A stretch of 64,000 nt of DNA, taken from Eledone cirrhosa (taxonomy: Eukaryota). A model generated the notes under the pieces. The model had not been told where the DNA came from and searched no databases. It was given only the letters and a program-made list of their open reading frames with translations. Of this stretch, positions 1 to 14,087 are shown piece after piece. The stretch lies in NCBI GenBank assembly GCA_964016885.1, contig OZ024742.1, positions 19,592,001-19,656,000 of the forward strand, in the 5' to 3' direction. Both the position numbers and the translations under genes were made by a program. Within the stretch, counting starts at the first letter, position 1. Every line of letters begins with the position of its first letter.

Positions 1-570
1 TTCTTCCGGTAGTTTTACATCACTCATACGGATGTTGTCGATGTTATCTGGGTATTTTTGAGAATATTCGATTTTCCTTTCTTGTAGTTTTTTCTTATTC
101 ATCCATTCTAATTTCTTCTTGAAATGCCTACAGCATTCGTTTTGAGCATATTTCGTTTCGCGTCGGATGACGCTCATGAAGTCATCTCTCTCGTTTGCTG
201 TGATGAGATTTCGGATTTCCTTACCGTTGATGCGTTTTTGTCTGTAGAGTGCGTTGACTTTTGTGTATGTTGTTCTTTTCATATTAACTGTTATTGTGTG
301 TTTTAGCCGTTCAGCTTGTGTTTTGTTCAATAATAAATTATTTACTTGTTTTGATATGTTTGTTGTGTATGTTTTGGAGGAAACACAGTGTTTTAAGAAG
401 CGGATTTGTTCTGTTGTTATTGTAGTTTTTATATAACAGAAAACAGTGTCTTTCAATAACCTTTCAGCTTGGCACAAGCTAATGCCATAGCGGCGATGAA
501 TTAGTTTTGCGAGGTTTTTTATATGAAATCGTGTGTCGAAACAGATATTGTTATATTTGGGGAGGGTCAT
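1..570 (-). CDS. N-terminus of a PLE ORF (downstream tandem copy), runs off the left edge
   Basis: Manual translation from the ATG at 570 gives [39 protein letters not shown]...IRFLKHC...MSDVKLPEE with no stop to position 1. It is absent from the ORF track because it is open-ended. It directly follows the 3' UTR and HHR of the 1061-4105 ORF. Confidence 0.75.
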   Translation of the reverse strand, partial: MTLPKYNNICFDTRFHIKNLAKLIHRRYGISLCQAERLLKDTVFCYIKTTITTEQIRFLKHCVSSKTYTTNISKQVNNLLLNKTQAERLKHTITVNMKRTTYTKVNALYRQKRINGKEIRNLITANERDDFMSVIRRETKYAQNECCRHFKKKLEWMNKKKLQERKIEYSQKYPDNIDNIRMSDVKLPEE

Positions 571-754
571 ATTTGCGTAATATTGCCAGAATTAATAACA
601 GAACACACTCACTGTTTGGTTGGTTTTCGCTTCTCGCTGTCTTTTATATATATATATCTGCGATCTAACTTACTCGGTCCTCAATGTTGCCATTGACTGA
701 CCGGCGGTCAAAAATAATACAGATACAATATAGACAAACACATATATATATAGT

Positions 755-800
755 TTACATAAATCTTTCGTTGCACATCTGCAACATCGTCAGTGGTGTT
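755..800 (-). ncRNA. Minimal type I hammerhead motif in PLE pLTR
   Basis: Minus strand CTGACGA-T-GTTGCA-GATG-TGCAAC-GAAA-GATTTA. Stem II is perfect; stems I and III are weak. Confidence 0.65.
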
Positions 801-1060
801 ATATTCATTGTTCCTCCTGTTGTGTTGTATGTCTACGCCATTTTTTTTGTTCAGTCTGTCTATATATTTATTTATTTATTTGCTTGTTTGTTTATCTTAT
901 TTTATTTTGTCTTCTTTGCGCATGCGTTTGCGTGTGTGTATAGTGTGTGATGTGTGACTAGTGTGTATAGTGTTGTGTCTGCTGGGTGACTAGTGTGTGT
1001 TTATGTGCTTGTGTATGTATTTATTTATCTTATTTTATTTAATTTAATTTACTTATTTAT

Positions 1061-4000
1061 TTATACTTCTCTTAGGTCAGTGTTGTTTGTTTGGGTGTTG
1101 TTGTTGTTCCACTCATTCTTTCTGTTTAGCTTTGGTCTTCTAATTTCTATTTCACTGGCCTCTCTGATTTGCCTATCTGCTGGGTCATTCCTATGTTTAG
1201 ATATTATTCTAATTTCTATGTTGTCTATGTTACCGTCATGATGTTGTCTAGCATGTTCGTATAGTACTGACCCGTTTTTTCGTCCTTTTAGTTCCCCCCA
1301 GTGTTGGTCTATCCTTTCACCTATGCTACGAGCTGTCTCACCTACGTATGTTGTTGTCGTGTTTCTGCAAGTACCCTCTGTACATCTTATGCTATAGACT
1401 ACGTTTCTAGTTTTACAGTTTATCCGGGGGTTCACCTTACATATGATACATTTCCTATTGGTACAGTGGGTTTTCTTAAAAGGGTAGGTTTTGCTGATCA
1501 GGGATTTTATGGTGGTTCCTGGCTTTTCTACCACCTTTATTTTTAAGTGGGTCTTTCTCAGGGCCTTTCTACACTGGTTAGCTAATTTCCCTCCAGGGGT
1601 GGCGTCCACAAACATGACACTCTGATATCTCCTCTGGTTGTCGTACCATGATGTGGCCTTCCCTATCTTATGTCTAGCCCTATCTAAGCTATTCCATGAT
1701 TTGCTCCTGTATAGTGGGTAAATTCCTTTCATGTCCAGTTCTATGAGGGTCTTATACTTTTCCATGGCTCCTTCGTATACTCTGACTCTGTCTCTTTGGT
1801 TGTAGCCAGAGAACTGCATGCGGTTGATGAAGTGTTGGATGTGTCCTTCCATTTCTGTTGGGTCGCACATGCTGGACACATTCTTCATCACTCGTACCAA
1901 ATCTGCGATCAGAATATTAAACTTAGCACTACTGGACATTGCTGAGTTTTTGAGTATCAGGTATTTGGAGGCCATGGGTTTAGCATAGTGTGAGTGGAGA
2001 ATTTGGGCTCTCTCGTCTATAGTGTTAATCCAGAGTTCTGTGTCTAATACAGGTAGTCTATTGTTAGGGTGTTTGGAAGGGAAGTCTATAGTTACAGTTA
2101 TACTCTGGTGTATGGAATTAGCTATCTGCTGGATGCTTTCCATCGTGCTACGTTCTAAATCAAACTTGTTAGTGCTCTCTAGTGGGGGTGTTCTTATAAC
2201 TATATTGATATCGTCTACATAACGAGAGTACATGATGAGGTCTATGGAGCTTTCATTAAGGAGATCTTTAAGTCTCCTTTCCCACCATACCATGAAAAGG
2301 TTGGCAACATCGCCAGCTATGCTGACGCCGATGGCTGCTCCCTCATTTTGGGTGTAGATTTTCTCATTGAACTTAAATATGTGGCCCTTTAGGGTAGTTT
2401 TGATACTAGCCCCTATTGCATGTGCGACCATTTTTCTTACCTGATCAGTGTTTTGGGGGGTCCGTATAGCTTTGGTCCACCCAATCCACCTTCCTATGGG
2501 AGTCTTTTTAGCCATTGAGGTTATGGTGGGGGGTCTACCTCTTATAGGTCTACTAGGGCAGAAACATCTAAGGTCATGGCTGTCTAGGTAGTCAGTGTCG
2601 TAGGTAAGTCTAAGTAGGAGGCCCAGTTCGTCCGTGTCGACGTCGCAGAACTCCACCTCACTCTCAATGATCATCTCCACACATCTTTTCACAGCAAAAT
2701 CAATGTTAATGGATGGGTACAGTGACACCACATCCATGCTGCCTATTATGCAGTTGGATAGGCTCCTGTTTTTGTTGCACTCACTGATTCTGCTGAGGAG
2801 GTCCTCTGTACTTTCACATACATCTGGGGACATCTTGATTATGGGGCGTATAACCATTGAGAGGAAGTAGGAGATCCTGTAGTTGCTAGCTATATTAGCT
2901 CCGCATACAGGTCTTGTTGGTGGTCCTATTGTCGGGTCGTCGACTGTCTTGTGGTCTTTGCGGAGCCCATACAAGGGTGGTATGCCATTGTTAGACGCCT
3001 GGAAGTTGTTGGCAGTGCGTCTGCTTGGCTTTAGGATGTCAGTCCACATCATCATGTGAGCGTTGAGGATTTTTTCTCTCCCATCGTGTGTTAGTTGTGC
3101 AACTTCGCTCGTGTTGGTGATGTGGGGTTGCATTGCCTCGATGTAGTTCGGCATGCTATCTATTGACATCCTACCAGACTTATCTGTGGGTAGACACACT
3201 ACCTCACCATCCCTTGTGCGCTGCTTGAGGCTAACCAAGCCTTCTACAGGTTTTATCCCAAGTTGTTGGGCCTCTGGTCTGCTCTGTCTCATAGTGTACC
3301 TGTCTACTACTTGTCTAATCTTATTTCTAGCTATGGTGAACTGTGCCTCCGTCTCGTCATCTATTTGTTGTGGTATGCAAACTCTTTTATTAAAGGGTAA
3401 CCTCGTAGGATAGATATTACCCATCTTATATGTTTTGTCAGCTGGGTTGAAAAATAGTTTCTCTAAGGGGTTGTCGTTATTTCTATCGTCATAGTTGTGT
3501 GTGTTGCTATTATTGTTATCATGGTGGTTGTTGTTGTTTCTATCCTTAGCATTAATATTATTATTGTTATGATTGCTAGATGTATTGTTGTTTACTTCAC
3601 CGTTATTGTTGTTGTTACTGCTATTTCTACCATTGTGGTTGTTACTATTATTATGTTTCTTGTTTTTGTTGATGTTGCTACATGTACTATTTCCATTATT
3701 ACCACTGTGGTTATTGTTGTTGTTGTTGTTCGTATTGTTACCGTTATTACTACTGTGGTCACTGTTGCTGTGTCTGTGGTTAACGTTTCTATTATTATTA
3801 TTATTGTGGTTGTTGTTGTTCTGTCTATCGCTAGTATTATTACCATTATCACTATTTCTCACTTTCCTGCCATTGTTATGGTTATGGCTGTTATTTCTAT
3901 ACCCAGAGTTATTGTTTATATTACTACTACCGTTATTATTGTTGTTGTTGTTTACCTTTGCATTCCAACGTATTTTTGTGAAACACTTTTCCAGCTCCGT

Positions 4001-4105
4001 TTTGCATTCCATAGGATTAATCTTTTTGTAGATGGCAAATTTTGGTGGTAACTTTAGGATTTGTTGTTCTTGTTCACTGATTAAAGTGTTCCCATAGATA
4101 TTTAC
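1061..4105 (-). CDS. PLE reverse transcriptase / GIY-YIG endonuclease (5'-truncated, frame uninterrupted)
   Basis: 983-aa ORF with [40 protein letters not shown], Cys-rich linker and NVVYSIRC...YVGETAR...R..H. The frame is open upstream of the ATG ([23 protein letters not shown]) to the inversion junction. Confidence 0.95.
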   Translation of the reverse strand, partial: VNIYGNTLISEQEQQILKLPPKFAIYKKINPMECKTELEKCFTKIRWNAKVNNNNNNNGSSNINNNSGYRNNSHNHNNGRKVRNSDNGNNTSDRQNNNNHNNNNNRNVNHRHSNSDHSSNNGNNTNNNNNNNHSGNNGNSTCSNINKNKKHNNSNNHNGRNSSNNNNNGEVNNNTSSNHNNNNINAKDRNNNNHHDNNNSNTHNYDDRNNDNPLEKLFFNPADKTYKMGNIYPTRLPFNKRVCIPQQIDDETEAQFTIARNKIRQVVDRYTMRQSRPEAQQLGIKPVEGLVSLKQRTRDGEVVCLPTDKSGRMSIDSMPNYIEAMQPHITNTSEVAQLTHDGREKILNAHMMMWTDILKPSRRTANNFQASNNGIPPLYGLRKDHKTVDDPTIGPPTRPVCGANIASNYRISYFLSMVIRPIIKMSPDVCESTEDLLSRISECNKNRSLSNCIIGSMDVVSLYPSINIDFAVKRCVEMIIESEVEFCDVDTDELGLLLRLTYDTDYLDSHDLRCFCPSRPIRGRPPTITSMAKKTPIGRWIGWTKAIRTPQNTDQVRKMVAHAIGASIKTTLKGHIFKFNEKIYTQNEGAAIGVSIAGDVANLFMVWWERRLKDLLNESSIDLIMYSRYVDDINIVIRTPPLESTNKFDLERSTMESIQQIANSIHQSITVTIDFPSKHPNNRLPVLDTELWINTIDERAQILHSHYAKPMASKYLILKNSAMSSSAKFNILIADLVRVMKNVSSMCDPTEMEGHIQHFINRMQFSGYNQRDRVRVYEGAMEKYKTLIELDMKGIYPLYRSKSWNSLDRARHKIGKATSWYDNQRRYQSVMFVDATPGGKLANQCRKALRKTHLKIKVVEKPGTTIKSLISKTYPFKKTHCTNRKCIICKVNPRINCKTRNVVYSIRCTEGTCRNTTTTYVGETARSIGERIDQHWGELKGRKNGSVLYEHARQHHDGNIDNIEIRIISKHRNDPADRQIREASEIEIRRPKLNRKNEWNNNNTQTNNTDLREV

Positions 4106-4222
4106 TGTGTTCTGTTATTAATTCTGGCAATATTACGCAAATATGACCCTCCCCAAATATAACAATATCTGTTTCGACACACGATTTCATATAAAAAACC
4201 TCGCAAAACTAATTCATCGCCG

Positions 4223-4226
<4 letters not shown>

Positions 4227-4294
<68 letters not shown>

Positions 4295-4398
4295 ATATAT
4301 ATAATATATGTATATATATATATACATATATATATATATGTATATATGTATATATATATACATATTCACATATTCACCCTGCTAACACACACGCACAC

Positions 4399-4491
<93 letters not shown>

Positions 4492-4505
4492 GTATATATA
4501 TATAC

Positions 4506-4539
<34 letters not shown>

Positions 4540-4623
4540 GTATATATATACATATATATATATATACATATACATATACATATACATATACTTCTCTCTC
4601 TCTCTATATATATATACATGTAT

Positions 4624-4720
<97 letters not shown>

Positions 4721-4784
4721 GTGTGCGTGTGTGTTAGCAGGGTGAATATGTGAATATGTATATATATATATATACGTATATATG

Positions 4785-4868
<84 letters not shown>

Positions 4869-4893
4869 TATAAATATATATGTATATATATAC

Positions 4894-4939
<46 letters not shown>

Positions 4940-5055
4940 GTATATATATACATATATATATATGTACATATATATATATATACACACACATATATATATA
5001 TTTGTACATATATATATATATATGCATATATATATATATATATATACACACACAT

Positions 5056-5149
<94 letters not shown>

Positions 5150-5165
5150 GTATATATATATATAT
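4227..5165. repeat. (TA)n tract with embedded inverted repeat
   Basis: About 900 bp of TA/CA. TATTCACATATTCACCCTGCTAACACACACGCACAC near 4363 recurs inverted near 4721. Confidence 0.95.
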
Positions 5166-5242
5166 AAACGGAAAAAATGAAACGAAATTTCATTTCTCAT
5201 TCTTAGTATGCACGTATACATACTTATATATATATATATATA

Positions 5243-5286
<44 letters not shown>

Positions 5287-5365
5287 GTGTGTGTGTGTGT
5301 GTATATATATATTTATATACATATTATATTATATTATAATTTATATTATAATGAATAGCAGTAGA

Positions 5366-5831
5366 GAGAACAACAACAACGACAACAACGACAACGGTAA
5401 CAACCGCAACAACAACAACTACAACAACATCACCAACAACAATAACAATCACAACAACAACATCACCAATAACAACAACAATCACAACAACAACAACAAC
5501 AACAATATCAAAATAACAATAACAGTAACAACAACAATAGAAATATTGTTGTACCACATAGTTTCCGTAATTCTTCAAATCTATTATAGGGGGCAGGTAT
5601 CTTACAACAACAATAACAATAGTAACAACAACAAAAACAACAACACCAACGATAACAACAAGAACAACGACAACGACGACGACAACAACAACAACAACAA
5701 CAACAACAACGATAACAACAAGAACAACGAGAACAACAACAGCAACAACAACGACAACAACAACAACAACACCAACAACAACGACAACAACAACTACAAC
5801 ACCAACAACAACAACACCAACAACATAAACG

Positions 5832-5877
<46 letters not shown>

Positions 5878-5897
5878 GGGCAACAACAACAGTAACA
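5366..5897. repeat. (AAC)n microsatellite
   Basis: Degenerate AAC/GAC/AAT array. Confidence 0.95.
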
Positions 5898-6532
5898 ATA
5901 TATTAATAATTTATATATATATATATATATGTTTATGAATTTATTTACACACTCATACATAAATATATGTATATATATATATATATATGTGTGTGTATGT
6001 GTGTGTATGTGTGTGTATGCGTGTGTGTGTGTGTGTGTATGTGTGTATGTGCGTCTGTGTGTGTATGTGTGTGTGTGTGCGTGTGTGTGTGTATGTTTGT
6101 GTGTGTGTATGTGTGTGTATGTGTGTGTGTGTGCGTGTGTGTGTGTATGTTTGTGTGTGTGTATGTGTGTGTATGTGTGTGTGTGTGCGTGTGTGTGTGT
6201 ATGTTTGTGTGTGTGTATGTGTGTGTATGTGTGTGTATGTGTGTGCGTGTGTGTGTATGTGTGTGTGTGCGTGTGTGTGTGTATGTGTGTGTGTATGATT
6301 CATGAACAGGGATGGAAAAAAATAGATGAGCTTCTAGATATAATTTCTGTAATTAAAGCATATTTTTATATAATGTAATTCTTGTTCTATGGCAGGAGGC
6401 AAAATTTGTCTCAGCAGTCTACATATTGGTGACTGATCCAGAATGTTGAGTACTAGAGAGAGAGAGAGAGAGGGGGGGGTGGGGAGACTCACACACACAC
6501 ACACACACACATGTATATATATATATATATAT

Positions 6533-6564
<32 letters not shown>

Positions 6565-6639
6565 GCGAGAGAGAGGGGCGAATAGAGAAAGATCAAGAGA
6601 GAAAAAGAAAGAGCGGGAGAGAGAAGGAGATTGATATAT

Positions 6640-6671
<32 letters not shown>

Positions 6672-6672
6672 G

Positions 6673-6825
<153 letters not shown>

Positions 6826-6848
6826 GTATATAAATATATATATATATG

Positions 6849-6910
<62 letters not shown>

Positions 6911-6913
<3 letters not shown>

Positions 6914-7056
6914 CAAAGGAAATGTGGTAAGGAACCAGATGGACCATAACGCACCAGAGTACTCAATACTTAGGGTAGTAGAGTGGGAAATAGGAAAAAG
7001 TCCAGAAATAGCCGTCGAAACGGCTTGAGCTCTGCCGTCGGGGTCATACTTTTTCC

Positions 7057-7057
<1 letters not shown>
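6911..7057. mobile_element. Short head-to-head insertion, family A
   Basis: Between TA tracts. Shares GCCGTCGAAACGGCTTGAGCTC and CCCTAAGTATTGAGTACTCTGGTGCGTTATGGTCC with copies near 9186, 22154, 22439, 29181, 32005, 43853, 50452 and 51058. Confidence 0.8.
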
Positions 7058-7099
<42 letters not shown>

Positions 7100-7578
7100 G
7101 GGAGGGAGAGAGAGGGAGAGGTAGAGAATGAGAGAAAGAGAAATATATAGAGAGAGAGAGGTAGAGAGAGAGAGTGTGTGAGGGGAAATGTTTTTGAGTG
7201 CGTGTGTATGTGTATGTTGTATGTATTGTGTGAGCATATGTCTGTATGCCTGTGTGTGTGTGTGTATGTGCATATGTGTGTGTGTGTATGTGTGCATATG
7301 TGTGTGTCTGTGTGTCTGTGTGTGTGTGTGTGTATGTGTGTGAGTGAGAGAGTATGTGTGTGTGTGAGTGTGATTTTTGTGTAGTAATCGGCAACTGTAT
7401 TGATTATTCGCTTGTGTCATGCAATGTAAACTGCTAGGTCGATGTACTGGGTAAACTCTACCACAGTTCTTTGAGAAAGATACCACTGCTAATGCTTAGA
7501 GGACACAGAATACTAGAATAACGAACACGACCTAGAGAAGAGGAGAGAGGAGAGACAGAGAGTGGTGGAAGGGGGGAG

Positions 7579-7686
7579 AACAGCAACAACAACAACAACA
7601 ACAACAACAGCAGCAGCAGCCAACAACAGCCAACAACAACAACAGCCAACAACAACAACCAACAACAACAACCAACAACAACAGCC

Positions 7687-7720
<34 letters not shown>

Positions 7721-7758
7721 GCCAACAACAGCCAACAACAACAACTGCAGCAGCCAAC
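7579..7758. repeat. (CAA/CAG)n microsatellite
   Basis: Direct reading. Confidence 0.9.
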
Positions 7759-8084
7759 TGACGTAACCATGCCGTACACCATTATCGAACAACACAAGAC
7801 AGAAGAGAGGGAGGAGAAGGGGCAGGGGTAGAGGGAGGAGGTGGAGGAAGGGGAGATGGGAGGGAACATCCGAAATTTCCGATGTGCTGCAAAATTTATC
7901 CAAGTCATTTGATTTTGTCGCTAAACACTTTCTCTCTTTCTCTCTTTTTCTCTCTCTGTCTGCCCCCCCCCCCCCCCATCTATTTCTGCCTATCTCTCTC
8001 TCTCTCTCATACTCTAATTCTCTGCTTAATACTATATTACTACCATTTTGGTTGATATATATATACATATATATTATATATATA

Positions 8085-8302
<218 letters not shown>

Positions 8303-8324
8303 ACACACACACACACACACACAG

Positions 8325-8362
<38 letters not shown>

Positions 8363-8367
<5 letters not shown>

Positions 8368-8862
8368 AAAGAATAGAGGTGTAACACACAAGTTATTATA
8401 TATTGGTAAACGGAATAGAAAATGCTGACAAATTGTTCACAGTTGAAAAATGGTTTAATTAGGAATAAAAGAGTATTAGTGATTGTATGGGTTAGTATTC
8501 AGTTGTGGTTTTAAGTTTTTAAGTTTTTACCGGTTACGCATTTCTAAATGCTTTTCAAAAATAATTTTGAGATAGAGTGTCCGTGCTGTTTGCTCTGATC
8601 TGATTAGTTTTGGGAATTCTACCTGTTTTTATGTTAAAAAAATGGCTCCAGCGTTATTTTTGTGTTGCAAAAATGCTTGTGGTCAAAACAATTTTGATTG
8701 GTCGGTAGAGGTCATGTGAATTTAGAAATGCGCAACCGGTAAAAACTTAAAAACTTAAAACCACAACTGAATACTAACCCATACAATCACTAATACTCTT
8801 TTATTCCTAATTAAACCATTTTTCAACTGTGAACAATTTGTCAGCATTTTCTATTCCGTTTA

Positions 8863-8870
<8 letters not shown>
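8363..8870. mobile_element. Hairpin insertion, family C
   Basis: 8400-8548 is inverted at 8721-8870 and flanked by (TA)n. Second copy at 10582-11004. Confidence 0.8.
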
Positions 8871-8927
<57 letters not shown>

Positions 8928-8928
<1 letters not shown>

Positions 8929-9166
8929 GTGAAAAGATAACAAAGACGATTGGTTACTCCTTCATTACATTTATTGGTTGGTGACGCGCGTTTCGCCACT
9001 GATCAGTTCAAGGTTCGATCTGTATCGATCTTACCCGACTCTGTAATCTGCAATGCTCATACTATAATACACTCTGTCTAGCTCTACACCTCAACAGTGA
9101 AGTGAACCTAAACATCGAGTGCTCTCCCGGGTGAACCTACAGTAACTCCAAGTTACACTCCCTGGA
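8928..9166. mobile_element. TA-flanked insertion, family D
   Basis: Homologous to 44475-44750. Minus strand has GAAA-CGCGCG-TC (HHR 3' half only). Confidence 0.65.
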
Positions 9167-9185
9167 TATATATATATATATATAT

Positions 9186-9380
9186 AACGAAGGAAATGTG
9201 GTAAGAAACCAGATGGACCATAACGCACCAAAGTACTCAATACTTAGGGTAGTAGAGTGGGTAATAGGAACGAGTAGGACCCCGACGGCTGAGCTCAAGC
9301 CGTTTCGACGGCTAATTCTGGACGCCAGAATTAGCCGTCGAAACGGCTTGAGCTCAGCCGTCGGGGTCCTACTCGTTCCT
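9186..9380. mobile_element. Hairpin insertion, family A
   Basis: Near-perfect ~55-bp hairpin plus an ~80-nt unpaired extension, TA-flanked. Confidence 0.85.
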
Positions 9381-9388
9381 ATATATAA

Positions 9389-9459
<71 letters not shown>

Positions 9460-9697
9460 TGTGTGTGTGTGTGTGTGTGTGTATACATATATATATTTGT
9501 AGTCATGCAACATACATACACAAAGGTACAAGGATGTTCACCTCGTAGTATGTTGGAGTATTGTCTTCTACTATAGCCTCGGGGTGATCAAGCATTGTAG
9601 GTGAAATTTGGTAGACGGAAAATGAAGAAGACAGTCGTGTTTATATATATACATATACATACATACATATATACATACTTAAATACATATATACATT

Positions 9698-9729
<32 letters not shown>

Positions 9730-9758
9730 CACATATATATATATACGTATATATATAT

Positions 9759-9890
9759 TCTTGCCTGATGAAATTGTGATAAACAGGCGAATCTCCAGAG
9801 TAACAATACTCACCATTTAGACTTAATAAAATGAATATTAAAACTCTACTTCGGTATTGAGTACTCTTTTCTCTCACCCGTCAACAACAT

Positions 9891-9895
<5 letters not shown>
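9759..9895 (+). mobile_element. PLE-terminus fragment, family N, degenerate HHR
   Basis: CTGATGA...GAAT-CTC-CA-GAG-TA then TTGAGTACT. Homologous to the minus strand of 29406-29560, which has GAAA. Confidence 0.6.
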
Positions 9896-9981
<86 letters not shown>

Positions 9982-10026
9982 GTGACGAAACATATGTCAA
10001 TTGCATGAACTCATAATCCTTTATTT

Positions 10027-10082
10027 ACTGCTATATATATTTCGATGATAGCCATTGAATGGCTATGACCTCATCAGGCAGT
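10027..10082 (-). ncRNA. Type I hammerhead ribozyme, family E
   Basis: ACTGC-CTGATGA-GGTCATAGCCA-TTCAA-TGGCTATCATC-GAAA-TATATA-TA-GCAGT. Stem I ACTGC/GCAGT. Confidence 0.85.
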
Positions 10083-10141
10083 TAGTCAGTTCTTAGATAC
10101 GCCAGCTCTGTGTTTATAGTGTTGATGGTATCAGAGCCTTG

Positions 10142-10206
<65 letters not shown>

Positions 10207-10210
<4 letters not shown>

Positions 10211-10568
10211 AATATGATAATAATGGAGCTGCGGCGCTGCAAATGGGTTACATATGAAAAAGTTTGTCCTCATCAGTGGCCATCCAACCGTCGTAGGCAT
10301 TTCGTCGCATTAAAGGCCATATACCTCAGGTTGGTGCGAGCAACGGCTAAAAAAAAGTCGTTGGGACACGTAAATAAAGGGGACGCTAGAGTAAACAAAC
10401 AAAATGCTTAAACTATTTTGTTTGTTTACCCTAGCGTCCCCTTTATTTACGTGTCCCAACGACTTTTTTTTAGCCGTTGCTCGCACCAATTTGAGGTATA
10501 TGGCCTTTAATGCGACGAAATGCCTACGACGGTTGGATGGCCACTGATGAGGACAAACATTTTCATAT
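10207..10568. mobile_element. Hairpin insertion, family F
   Basis: ~150-bp arms (10252-10403 / 10416-10568) between TA tracts. Confidence 0.75.
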
Positions 10569-10581
10569 ATATATATATATA

Positions 10582-11004
10582 TTGGTAAATGGAATAGAAA
10601 ATGCTGACAAATTGTTCACAGTTGAAAAATGGTTTAATTAGGAATAAAAGAGTATTAGTGATTGTATGGGTTAGTATTCAGTTGTGGTTTTAAGTTTTTA
10701 AGTTTTTACCGGTTGCGCATTTCTAAATGCTTTTCAAAAATAATTTTGAGATAGAATGACCGTGCTGTTTGAGCAAACAGCACGGACACTCTATCTCAAA
10801 ATTATTTTTGAAAAGCATTTAGAAATGCGCAACCGGTAAAAACTTAAAAACTTAAAACCACAACTGAATACTAACCCATACAATCACTAATACTCTTTTA
10901 TTCCTAATTAAGCCATTTTTCAACTGTGAACAATTTGTCAGCATTTTCTATTCCGTTTACCAATATATAATAACTTGTGTGTTACACCTCTATTCTTTTA
11001 ACTA
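10582..11004. mobile_element. Hairpin insertion, family C
   Basis: ~190-bp arms with the turn near 10771. Same two outer endpoints as the 8363 copy. Confidence 0.85.
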
Positions 11005-11027
11005 TATATATATATATATATATATAT

Positions 11028-11457
<430 letters not shown>

Positions 11458-11512
11458 AAATTAAAAACAATAACGAAGAGTGCAGTACAAACTGTTAGTA
11501 TTAGGTTCACGC

Positions 11513-11576
<64 letters not shown>

Positions 11577-11850
11577 ATATATTCTTGAAAATTTTCCGCA
11601 CAGTTTCTGTCTACTAAATTTCAATCAGACTAAAGTAGAAGACATTGCCAAAGATTCAGTGCCATGAAATCCTACCCGGAACTATATGATTGAAGAGCGA
11701 ACTACTCAACCATATAACCATGTCTATACTCAAAAGGTTCCCCCGTTTATATCAAACGTAATAATATTATTAACCACATGGAAGTTAAAATATATGTATC
11801 TGAAAGGAAATTATCATATCAATAGTCGATCAAATTAGCAGTGGTATGAC

Positions 11851-12032
11851 AATTGTTTCTACTTTTGGCACAAGGCCAGCAATTACCCAGTACATTACTG
11901 GTACTTTATTGTATCGACCCCGTAAGGATGAAAGGCAAAGTTAACCTCGGCGGGATTTGAACTCAGACCGTAAAGGGACGTAACTATGCTGGAAAGCATG
12001 GCGTCCGACTCTACCGATACTGCCAATCCACC
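11851..12032 (-). mobile_element. tRNA-derived SINE
   Basis: Minus strand A-box-like TGGCAGTATCGG, B-box GAGTTCAAATC and core TTTGCCTTTCATCCTTACGGGGTCGATA. More than 12 copies in the window; diverged ones near 12185, 16665, 17050 and 23625. Confidence 0.85.
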
Positions 12033-12589
12033 GGTTGGCAATGGTATGATAATGTCCGTAACACGTGATGGAGTCGTAGCGGCGCCGTATTTTAAGCCTG
12101 GCGGAGCACATCCCTCTCCATGTCTGAACACATCAGATTTCTTCCAGACAAGAATAGAAAGAAGAAGTGAGAAAGCGATATAACGGAAGGATTAACCCCA
12201 GTAACAGACTGATATTTTTTTTATCGACCAAAGTTGACTTCGGCAGGATTTGAACCCAGCAGAGAATTGGAACGAATGTCACAAAGGATTTTAGCTGATG
12301 TTTGAACGACTCTGGCAAATCGCTGCCTTAAATTAGCAATAATCGATACAGATAAATAGTTGAGAATACTTTATAATTAAGACAGAACTAGCTATGTTTA
12401 TTTTAATAGAAGACATAAAAATACACACAAGTTAATTAATGAGTTACTATATGAATAAATGACTATAAGATAATTAGAAAAACATTACAAATATTTAAAA
12501 ACGAAAATAGAGGGAAAAGCAAGAACTCTAGGGCCACATAGGAATGGAGGGGGGGGGGGGGTGATGGGCTCTGAGCCAAGGGTGCGGTG

Positions 12590-12910
12590 GTGTTGGAGCT
12601 GAGCCCCGCGGACAAGATCGCAAATACATTTCCGTGGACAATGGCCTGCGTCACCCACTGCAGCAGCCACCCCACCTCGCGGGGATCCTTCCTCATACGG
12701 GCTACTGACGTTCTGATCTACTGGAGAAACTCGACAGTACGGGGTCCAAGTACGCCTGAGATGTCGACGGCGAATGGTGCGGAGAGGAAGCGGCCAGACA
12801 ACTGGATAAAATATCCGTGGAGACGGAAAAGGCGTAAATAAATGTCGTATCTCTCGCAGGTGACTCTGCCAAATATATTCCGTCTCCATACTTTGCCTGC
12901 TTTTCTCAAC
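12590..12910 (-). pseudogene. CRE-like non-LTR retrotransposon C-terminal remnant
   Basis: Broken frames give PFAVDISGVLGPRTVEFL and DPREVGWLLQWVTQAIVHGN, resembling the CRE-clade RLE C-terminus. A related piece (WLLQRVSLAILCGNA) lies near 39660-39745. Confidence 0.55.
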
Positions 12911-13168
12911 TATTATTTCTAGTAATCGCTTCTTCCTCTATAATTTTCTCATTTACTTTCTCTCACTCTCTATCCATCTCTGGAAGAAATGTGTTGTACT
13001 TAGACCTGGAGAGGTGACGGGCTACGTCAGATTTAAAAATGCCCTACGAAGCGCCGTATGTCAATATATCACCTCAACGACTCCATCAGGAGTTACAGGT
13101 CCATACAGTACCAACACCTCTACACATGAAAAGGAAAGTTGATCCTGTCAGAAATGAAACCCAGCACG

Positions 13169-13832
13169 TAAAGTGACGTAACTATCAACACTAAAGTGAC
13201 GTAACAACCAACACTAAAGTGACATAACTATCAACACTAAAGTGACGTAACAACCAACACTAAAGTGACATAACTATCAACACTAAAGTGACGTAACAAC
13301 CAACACTAAAGTGACATAACTATCAACACTAAAGTGACGTAACAACCAACACCAAAGTGACATAACTATCGACACTAAAGTGAGTAACTATCAACACTAA
13401 AGTGACGTAACAAGCAACACTAAAGTGACATAACTATCAACACTAAAGTGACGTAACAACCAACACTAAAGTGACGTAACTATCAACACTAAAGTGACGT
13501 AACAACCAACACTAAAGTGACATAACTATCGACACTAAAGTGAGTAACTATCAACACTAAAGTGACGTAACAAGCAACAATAAAGTGACTTAACTATCAA
13601 CACTACAGTGACGTAACTATCAACACTACAGTGACGTAACAACCAACACTAAAGTGACGTAACTATCAACACTAAAGTGACGTAACAACCAACACTAAAG
13701 TGACGTAACAATCAACACTAAAGTGACGTAACTATCAACACTAAAATGGCATAACAACCAATACTAAGTGACGTAAAATCAACACTAAAGTGACATAACT
13801 ATCAACACTAATGTGACATAACAATCAACACT
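13169..13832. repeat. 23-bp minisatellite with 46-bp higher-order alternation
   Basis: AACACTAAAGTGACGTAACTATC, alternating GTAACAACC / ATAACTATC variants. Confidence 0.95.
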
Positions 13833-14087
13833 ATCTCATTCACCTCATTATTTAATGCTCAGCAATAAATATATATTTAGAGCTCAAAGAACTGCTATAA
13901 TTTATAGATAAGAGAGGTCTCAGATGGTGTGATGTTTAAGGTTTCCCTGAGAAAATGAAATACTTAGATGACATTCATAAGCTGGGGTAGTCTCACTTGG
14001 AAATCCAGTCGGATCAATTGGAGACGGTTGCTTCTTAAAGGACCCACTGGAAACAGATTTTGAGGATTCTGCTCCAACGACCCTCCC

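Larger units (their letters stand above)
1..4226 (-). mobile_element. Penelope-like element, partial tandem, with inverted terminal arm
   Basis: RT + GIY-YIG ORF, 3' UTR with HHR, then the start of a second copy. 4106-4226 is the reverse complement of 487-607 and abuts (TA)n. Confidence 0.92.

Noticed and set aside
10540-10568. CTGATGA in family F as a hammerhead
   Set aside because: No GAAA or stem III follows in either arm.
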